Assembly (NCBI RefSeq): GCF_006345805.1
Contig: NW_021825164.1
Location: 1-16,526 of the forward strand
Origin: Octopus sinensis
Lineage: Eukaryota
DNA length: 16,526 nucleotides
Direction: 5' to 3'
Shown: positions 10,516 through 16,526 of the stretch, piece by piece
Layout of the letters: every line of letters begins with the position of its first letter
Position numbering within the stretch: the first letter of the stretch is position 1
Program-made: the position numbers and the translations under genes
Notes under the pieces: model-generated
The model's database searches: none
Told to the model about the DNA's origin: nothing
What the model saw: the letters and a program-made list of their open reading frames with translations, nothing else

Positions 10516-11163
10516 CGAGAAGTCAACAATTATCTGCATTTCGTCATAACATTATTGCCACACTGCCTTCTGCGCATGCGTGTTTATGTTTGATACTATT
10601 GTGATCACGTGATCAATGTTTGAACCTGATTGCGCCATTTTTCTTTCTGGCTTTACAGTGTAAACATGGCCGCTCCACTAGCAATGTGCACCAAAGAAGA
10701 GTCAAAGAGCAGTGATCCGAGAGATGGTAATGGGGAACCGGTTCACCATCACCATGCCTCCAGCTTGCTGACTCTTCTCGTCAGCGGTGGAGGTTGACGG
10801 GCGTCCCGCTCCTTCTTCGTCCGTCACGCTTTTCAAACTTCTAGATCCACTCGTACACACTTCTATGCAGCAGCGCACTATCCCTGTATCATGCTAAAAG
10901 CCTCCGATGAAATTCAGCACGTGACACACCTTCCGACCAATTGAAATTGGATCGCTGCTCTCGTTCTTCTTTGATGCACATTGTTAGTGGAGCGGCCATG
11001 CTTTATACTGTAAAGCCAGAAAGAAAAATGGGGCGATCTGGCTCAGACTTCGATCACGTGACCACCATAATACCAACTAATAAGCACGCATGCGCAGAAA
11101 GCAGTGTAACAATGATAAAGATATGTTATGGTGAAAGTGCAGATAATTTTTGGCTTCCCATCG
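10516..11163. mobile_element. Non-autonomous mariner derivative made of two inverted copies of the element's 5' end
   Basis: The ends are mariner-like: TA|CGAGAAGTCAACAATTATC on the left and the reverse complement CGATGGGAAGCCAAAAATTATC on the right. The ~200-bp arms 10516-10718 and 10949-11163 are reverse complements. The minus strand from the ATG at 10999 encodes a degenerate mariner transposase N-terminus: MAAPLTMCIKEE..WSEGVSRAEFHRRLLA*YRDSALLHRSVYEWI*KF..SVTDEEGAGRPSTSTADEK..MVMVNR. The plus strand from the ATG at 10666 gives MAAPLAMCTKEE/QRAVIR. Confidence 0.9.
10740..10999 (-). pseudogene. Mariner transposase N-terminal (HTH DNA-binding) fragment with stops and frameshifts
   Basis: It contains the motifs WSEGV, RSVYEW and EEGAGRPSTS typical of mariner-family HTH regions, with two in-frame stops and frameshifts. 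There is no DD34D catalytic region. Confidence 0.85.
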
Positions 11164-11397
11164 GATACGTACATACATATACTTATATATGTACACATGT
11201 GTGTGTGTGTGTGTTTGCGTGAGTATATGTGGCTGTCTATGTATATACATATGTATATATATGTATAGTTTTCAAATGATTGTGATGCGAAAACTTAATA
11301 ATACTCTTTTTCATCACGGTCAGCAATTGATTGAAAAGATAATTTCTAATATTTTTATTACCTGCTCCATGTTTTATGGCTTTTTTCTCATTTGCAG

Positions 11398-11409
11398 CTC
11401 CTCATCGAG
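11398..11409 (+). CDS. eag: Candidate 12-nt alternative microexon of the eag gene (CTCCTCATCGAG)
   Basis: The acceptor ttttttctcatttgcag (AG 11396-11397) is followed 12 nt later by the donor GAG|GTATAT (GT 11410-11411). The length is a multiple of 3 and the phase-1 frame has no stop: A|CT CCT CAT CGA G| = T-P-H-R plus the first base of the next codon. No transcript evidence is available. Confidence 0.5.
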
Positions 11410-11711
11410 GTATATGTTCCTTTATTACTTTCGTCTGTATTAATTTTTTATGCTGAATGCGCGTTGCTTTTAATGCACTTCGCAAATATGTCAAAAAGTG
11501 AAAATATATTAGATTGGTGCAAAACTGCAGTTTTGAGATTCTTCGGGAGGTAATTATTACAGATATTCTATAGTTAGGATTATTAGGAACGATACAATAT
11601 TTTCGGAAGCATGAAAATCATATGGAATATATGTATACAGCTGGAGGAATTTAAATTCATTATGGAAACGTAAACTAAATATGGGAACATTGGAATGTTG
11701 GAATGTAATGC

Positions 11712-11712
<1 letters not shown>

Positions 11713-11744
<32 letters not shown>

Positions 11745-11862
11745 CGTGTATGTGTTGCGTGTGCGTGTGTATGTGCATGTATGTATGCATATGCATGTAT
11801 GTGTTTATATATAATATATAATATATATATATATAATATATATATATTCAATATATTTTATA

Positions 11863-11894
<32 letters not shown>

Positions 11895-11905
11895 AATTAT
11901 ATATA
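11713..11905. repeat. (TG)n/(TA)n microsatellite
   Basis: Seen directly in the sequence. Confidence 0.9.
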
Positions 11906-12559
11906 GAGGGCATTATACATACATGCCAGAGAGCATATATACATACATGCCACACGCTAAGAGGGACAATTAGTCATTTCTACCAAAAATATTACTAATC
12001 CCACCGAATGCAATTTTCAAAATAAGACATTTAAAAATATAGACCTGTATCACAGTGATTTCATACTTACGTATTCATCAGCAGGCCTGAATGTATCATA
12101 ATTATATATATATATATAATATATATATATATATATTATCAAATTCGGGTATACAGTTTGTAGTGTGCCATTTAAAGCCCGCTCACTGTCTTCAGCCGCC
12201 TGATGTTATGAACAGCATGGATGTAAATTACCACTGGATTTAACTTCAGAAATTCCTTCATATCCATAGATTTTATAAAGTATGAGAAAGAAAATGAAAT
12301 TCAAGAGACTCTTTATTATTCACTCCGATCGTTCGACCCATTGTACACTGGTGTCTCGCGAAATAAGTCGCTGTACAAACAGCATCTTGTGAGATGTGTC
12401 TTGTCGGATGTCTTGGCAAAAGGTAGACGTCATTTAATCTCCGTTTCGGCTATTTCGATTAGAACTCATTTCCATGGTTGTGTGTACACTACTTGTATAC
12501 ATGAGAAACAAGAGATATCTAAGTAAGTGTGGAGATGGAGGAGTGTGTGGCATGGAAGC

Positions 12560-12750
12560 GCATCTGCACGCATTTTTTCTCTCTCCTTGTTGTCTCTCCG
12601 TGTTTTTTTCTGTGTATCTTTCTGTCGAAGAGCGTAGGCTCGAAACGTAAAAGACTTGTTATTTATATTCTGAGCGCCATACTATACAATTGTTTGTTTG
12701 TACTCCACCTGCCTTCGTCTTTTGTTTATTTTCATAAAGCTTCCCGTTAT
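12560..12750 (+). mobile_element. Penelope-like retroelement terminal-repeat fragment
   Basis: It carries the motif tttctgtcgaagagcgtaggctcgaaacgtaaaagac, of the CTGNNGA...CGAAACG type typical of PLE termini, embedded in a pyrimidine-rich stretch that I recall as a recurrent octopus repeat. Boundaries are approximate. Confidence 0.55.
12617..12654 (+). ncRNA. Minimal type-I hammerhead-ribozyme-like motif (variant core)
   Basis: Stem I is UCUUU 12617-12621 / AAAGA 12650-12654. The core is CUGUCGA(A) 12622-12629. Stem II is GAGC/GCUC with a GUAG loop (12630-12641). GAAAC lies at 12642-12646 and the GUA cleavage triplet at 12647-12649. The core deviates from CUGANGA at position 6 (U for A), so activity is uncertain. 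Confidence 0.55.
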
Positions 12751-13113
12751 ATATATGGAGATGTACGTTGCGTTGTATAAGAATATATGTTTATGTACTT
12801 ATGTGTGCGAGTGCATGCGTCTGTCTAAGTGTATATGCATGTATGCGTGCATCTGCACACATACATTGTTTGTAAGTCACATACATTGTTTGTAAGTCAT
12901 TTTATTACTTATACAAGACGTATAAGAAGTAACATCTAAACGAAATAAGTGAAACGAATTGAAAAGCAAAATACGTTTTGACCATTCACGTGACAAGAAA
13001 TGTCTGCAAATATGATCTACCACGACTGTTTGTACAGCATCTCACCCGCGAGGAACCGATTCACGATTGGTCGAAACGGTTGTAGTGAATAATAAAGTCT
13101 CGTAGATTTCCTT

Positions 13114-13270
13114 TTCTTGCTCACATACACGCACACACTCACACACACACATACACACACAATCACACACACACATACACACACAATCACACACACACGC
13201 CCACACACACATACATACACACACACACGTACACATATATATATACACACACACACACACACGCATATAT
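13114..13270. repeat. (CA)n-rich microsatellite
   Basis: Seen directly in the sequence. Confidence 0.9.
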
Positions 13271-13289
13271 ACGGACATATTTATTCGTT

Positions 13290-13480
13290 TAAGGTTTCAG
13301 TGGGTCAAATCTGAACCAGTACTTATTGTACTGGTTTCCTTCTCATTTGGCAAAAAGCTAATTTACTTGAACAAACCAACAGCGATAGTCAAGCGCAGGC
13401 ACATGCACCCATATATGTAGATACTGACGAGGCAGAGGATCTTGCTCAAGGTGGCATGCAGCGATACTAATTTCGAAACT
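13290..13480 (-). mobile_element. Degenerate octopus-type tRNA-derived SINE fragment
   Basis: The reverse strand shows accttgagcaagatcctct, cgcttgactatcgctgttggtttgttc and aataagtactgg..gatttgacc, which resemble a recalled abundant octopus SINE. Confidence 0.55.
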
Positions 13481-13496
13481 ACACACCTGTTCATAC

Positions 13497-13653
13497 CATA
13501 TATATATATTTATGTTGGGGTGAGTATGTGTGAGTGTGTGTGCATGTGTACGTGTGCATGCATATTTATATGTACGTATGTACATATATGTATATGTTTG
13601 TGTGTATATATATATACATATGATTATATGTATATATATATATATGTATGTAT

Positions 13654-13711
<58 letters not shown>

Positions 13712-13780
13712 TGTGTGTATATATATGTACGTATATATGCAAGTTTATATACACATACGTATATATAAATACATGTGTGT
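13497..13780. repeat. (TG)n/(TA)n-rich microsatellite
   Basis: Seen directly in the sequence. Confidence 0.9.
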
Positions 13781-14049
13781 GTGTTTATTTTCTGTTATGT
13801 TAAGAAGCATGCACGTTACCAGAATTTCCGATCGAGTAAATCCTTTTATCGTATCCATGTGAATGGATTCAGGATTGGCTAGCTTTTACTGGCAGAGTAT
13901 GTATGATGTATAAGAGTGAAAGCCACCCAAATAATGTTATTCTGAATACTTACGTTTTAAATAAGTGTGAAATAGATATAAAAAATAGGTATTTCATCTC
14001 TTACGTAAAATCTTCACCAATCAAAACATATAAAAACATAAAAATAAGG

Positions 14050-14483
14050 AGAAAAAGTTGGAGAGCGCCCTTATATAAAGACTGACAGAGTAATAGAAGC
14101 TAGAAACCCTGATTTAGTAGTGGGAGACAAATAGAATAGAAAGAACCAGATAATTGACTTTACAGTCCCAAATGATGAAAACATTAATGTGAGAAGTATA
14201 GAAAAAATAGTAAAGTACCAGGACCTAGCCATTGAATTACAAAGATTATGGAAAGTGGCGGTAAAATGTATCCCAGTAGTTATAGGTGCATTGAGAACTA
14301 TCCCTAAAGATCTGAACAGATGGATAGAAGGAATACAACTCAGTTTAGTACAGCTGCAGAAAACAGTGTTGTTAAGGACAGCTAGGATACTTAGGAGGGT
14401 TCTTGGCATTTAAGGTTATTTGTTGTAGCCCTATATTAGGACTTTTTCTTTTCCAACAGTTTAATCTGTTGTCTGTATATGAA

Positions 14484-14541
<58 letters not shown>

Positions 14542-14542
14542 T
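14050..14542 (+). mobile_element. 5'-truncated non-LTR retrotransposon of the R4/Dong clade (copy 1): restriction-like endonuclease C-terminus, 3' UTR and (TAA)n tail
   Basis: 14075-14413 translates IKTDRVIEARNPDLVVGDK*NRKNQIIDFTVPNDENINVRSIEKIVKYQDLAIELQRLWKVAVKCIPVVIGALRTIPK...LQKTVLLRTARILRRVLGI*, a PD-(D/E)xK RLE pattern with one in-frame stop. The (TAA)n tail spans 14487-14542. The 5' boundary is approximate. Confidence 0.9.
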
Positions 14543-15355
14543 GGTAAATACTGGACTAAACTAAATGCAAAAGAAATAGACAAAGAAAAATCCCAGCAAT
14601 GGTTGAGAAGCTCAGGACTCAAAGCAGAGACCAAAGCCTCCCCACCAGAAATTACCAAAAACATGTAATGAAAAGAAATATAACAAATAACTGCAGAATA
14701 TGTGGAGATGGACAAGAAACAATAAATCAATTATCTCTGGCTGCCCAGTCCTGGCTAAGAAGGAATATATTCACAGACATGACAGAGTTGGAACCTACAT
14801 ACACATGGAAGCTATGCCAACATTATGGATAACAACAGAAAAAAGATGGTATAGGCACACACCAGAAAAGGTCACAGAAAACGAGAAAGCAACTATACTC
14901 TGGGATATGCCGATACACACAGATAGAGAAATTAAGGCCAACAGACCAGATATAGTTGTCAGAGATCATGAAGAAAAAATGCTTTCTAATTGATGTATCA
15001 ATACCGGCAGATGACAACGTGTCTCTAAAGAAATGGAGAAACTTTCAAAATACAAAGACCTGGAAATAGAAGTAACCAGATTGTGGAATCTAAAAACAGA
15101 AACAATCCCTATCATAGTAGGTGCATTAGGCATGATAAAAATATTCAGACAAATACATAACAAAAACACCAGGACTTACAAACACATATAACATAAGAAA
15201 ATTGCACTACTAGGCACTGCACACATCCTATGCAGAACACTTTCCATACAATAACCATCAGAGCATCACAACAAATCACAGCACATACCCAGGCACACAG
15301 AGCTGCGCTCGGTAGTGAAGTGAAAGCACGCTATAAAAATAAAACTACTGAATAC

Positions 15356-15391
<36 letters not shown>
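14543..15391 (+). mobile_element. 5'-truncated R4/Dong-clade LINE (copy 2): zinc knuckle, RLE domain, 3' UTR and (TAA)n tail
   Basis: The frameshifted translation reads GKYWTKLNAKEIDKEKSQQWLRSSGLKAET/DQSLPTRNYQKHVMK..CRICGDGQETIN/IISGCPVLAKKEYIHRHDRVG..ILWDMPIHTDREIKANRPDIVVRD..LIDVSIPADDNVS..KYKDLEIEVTRLWNLKTETIPIIVGALG..LLGTAHILCRTLSIQ* (stop 15252-15254). The (TAA)n tail spans 15356-15391. Confidence 0.92.
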
Positions 15392-15393
<2 letters not shown>

Positions 15394-15412
15394 GCAACAA
15401 CAACAAAAATGA

Positions 15413-15470
<58 letters not shown>

Positions 15471-15496
15471 CAGCATTAGCAGCAGCAGCAGCAGCA
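15356..15496. repeat. Compound trinucleotide array (TAA)n-(CAA)n-(TAG)n-(CAG)n
   Basis: Seen directly; it forms the tail of LINE copy 2. Confidence 0.95.
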
Positions 15497-15499
15497 ATA

Positions 15500-16083
15500 A
15501 ATGCCCTGATGCAGTACCAGACAGTGGCTCTCATGGCTTCTGTTCTTAACTGATTGGAAGTGTTATCATGTACATTGTTTTGTCTTAGTATAAAAGATGG
15601 GTTAACAACAAATATTCTGCTCAATACCACAGATTTGCTTGTCAGTTGTTTGACCTTAACCAGTTGAGCATGTCCCTTAGTGGCTGACGATATGTGCATC
15701 TCTGATCACGAGCAGAAGTAGTGGGGGAGCATCATAGCCGTGTGTTGAAAGGAATTTTTGGAGGTTTGGATAATTCACCTTTGGAAACATGGATGGTTCG
15801 TTCAACATCCTTAAACAACCCTTATTCAGGGACCTTTTGAGCAGGATAGGTTACTCGACCAGAAGAAAATTCTAACTGGGCCCCACCTGCAAGGTTATGC
15901 GCTGTTTATCTTGATATGAGATCACCATGTCACGTACATATGGTTGTGATGCATGTGCCTATTGTATCTTTATCAGATGGGTAGTCATGATGAGTATACT
16001 GGGCTTCGTGTATTTGCACCCCAGTATCACTTTGATGGCATGCACTGCTCTCTCACTCAATAATAATAATAATAACAATAATA
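15500..16083 (+). mobile_element. Non-coding retroposon ending in (TAA)n (probable long LINE 3' UTR or non-autonomous element)
   Basis: About 560 bp run from atgccctgatgcagtaccag to gcactgctctctcactc, followed by (TAA)n at 16059-16083. I recall it as a high-copy octopus repeat. It has no coding motif. Confidence 0.65.
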
Positions 16084-16377
16084 GTATCTGTTAAAATTTG
16101 AAATAGTGACAAATTGGAGTATGAAAACTGTATTGGTTGTGCGTGTAATAGTTGGTGCATTGGGAACTGCAAGTAAAGATTTAGACAAATGGTTGAAGCA
16201 GATTGGAATGGTATTCTACAGAAAGTTTGCCTCTTGGTGACAGGAAAGATTATCAGAGGGGTTTTAAGTTCTTGAAAGATTATGAAAATCTTGTGGATCC
16301 TTATGGTTAGAGGTACTAACCAGCTATCCACATTTGTTCAACCAGGAATAAGAACGAACCTGAGTCAATAATAATAA
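16084..16377 (+). mobile_element. Short 3' fragment of an R4/Dong-clade LINE (copy 3, different subfamily)
   Basis: It translates LKFEIVTNWSMKTVLVVRVIVGALGTASKDLDKWLKQIGM/ILQKVCLLVTGKIIRGVLSS* (stop 16273-16275), followed by a short 3' UTR and an aataataataa tail at 16367-16377. Confidence 0.8.
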
Positions 16378-16526
16378 GTGTATGGTCGAGCCGTTGTTGA
16401 CAAAACCGGTCCTCTTACAAAGTGCTCTCCTGCCTTCTGCTTCTGATTAGATATTTTATTGAACAGCGTTGGTGTCCGGTTCAATTATGGGGCTTTGTGA
16501 TAGTATCAGCGGGAACAACCACGCAC

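Larger units (their letters stand above)
12281..13118. repeat. Diverged ~220-bp inverted repeat pair (about 12281-12500 and 12908-13118)
   Basis: The stretch 12289-12392 (aagaaaatgaaattcaagagactctttattattcactccgatcgttcgacccattgtacactggtgtctcgcg...gctgtacaaacag) aligns to the reverse complement of 13015-13110 (aagaaaaggaaatctacgagactttattattcactacaaccgtttcgaccaatcgtgaatcggttcctcgcg...gctgtacaaacag). Similarity continues inward (cgtttcggctatttcgattaga versus cgtttcacttatttcgtttaga). Confidence 0.75.

Noticed and set aside
11914-11952. 15-bp direct repeat tatacatacatgcca with a 9-bp spacer
   Set aside because: It is a low-complexity microsatellite-edge duplication and is not CRISPR-like or otherwise informative.
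12341-12526. YTGVSRNKSLYKQH as a possible GIY-YIG motif
   Set aside because: The segment is the inverted-repeat arm of 13015-13110 read in the opposite orientation, so the resemblance is probably coincidental.
13424-13452. CTGACGAG followed by a small stem as another hammerhead
   Set aside because: There is no GAAA core or NUH site, and it lies in an antisense SINE fragment.
1433-13862. Numerous ORF-track proteins rich in IY, HT, CV or SL repeats
   Set aside because: They are translations of (TA)n, (CA)n, (TG)n and (CT)n microsatellites.

Overview
AT-rich, microsatellite-dense eukaryotic DNA whose SINE, Dong/R4-LINE and mariner content looks like an Octopus (coleoid cephalopod) genome; the organism call comes from recalled repeat sequences, not a search. 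The window is almost entirely intronic sequence of an ether-a-go-go (eag/KCNH1-like, Kv10) K+ channel gene on the + strand. One clear 129-nt coding exon (9296-9424) encodes the C-terminal (PAC) part of the PAS domain. None of the ORF-track calls is a host gene: they are microsatellite read-throughs, transposon fragments or antisense frames. The most notable observations are: (1) a candidate 12-nt frame-preserving microexon (11398-11409) that would insert T-P-H-R, a CDK/Cdk5-type phospho-motif, right after the PAS domain; (2) a Penelope-type minimal hammerhead-ribozyme-like motif (12617-12654) lying inside a pair of ~220-bp inverted repeats; (3) a spacer-less fold-back mariner derivative; (4) a decayed direct copy of part of the eag exon in the downstream intron; (5) a head-to-tail train of TAA-tailed retroposons, three of them Dong/R4 LINE 3' ends. 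All alignments and foldings were done by eye.
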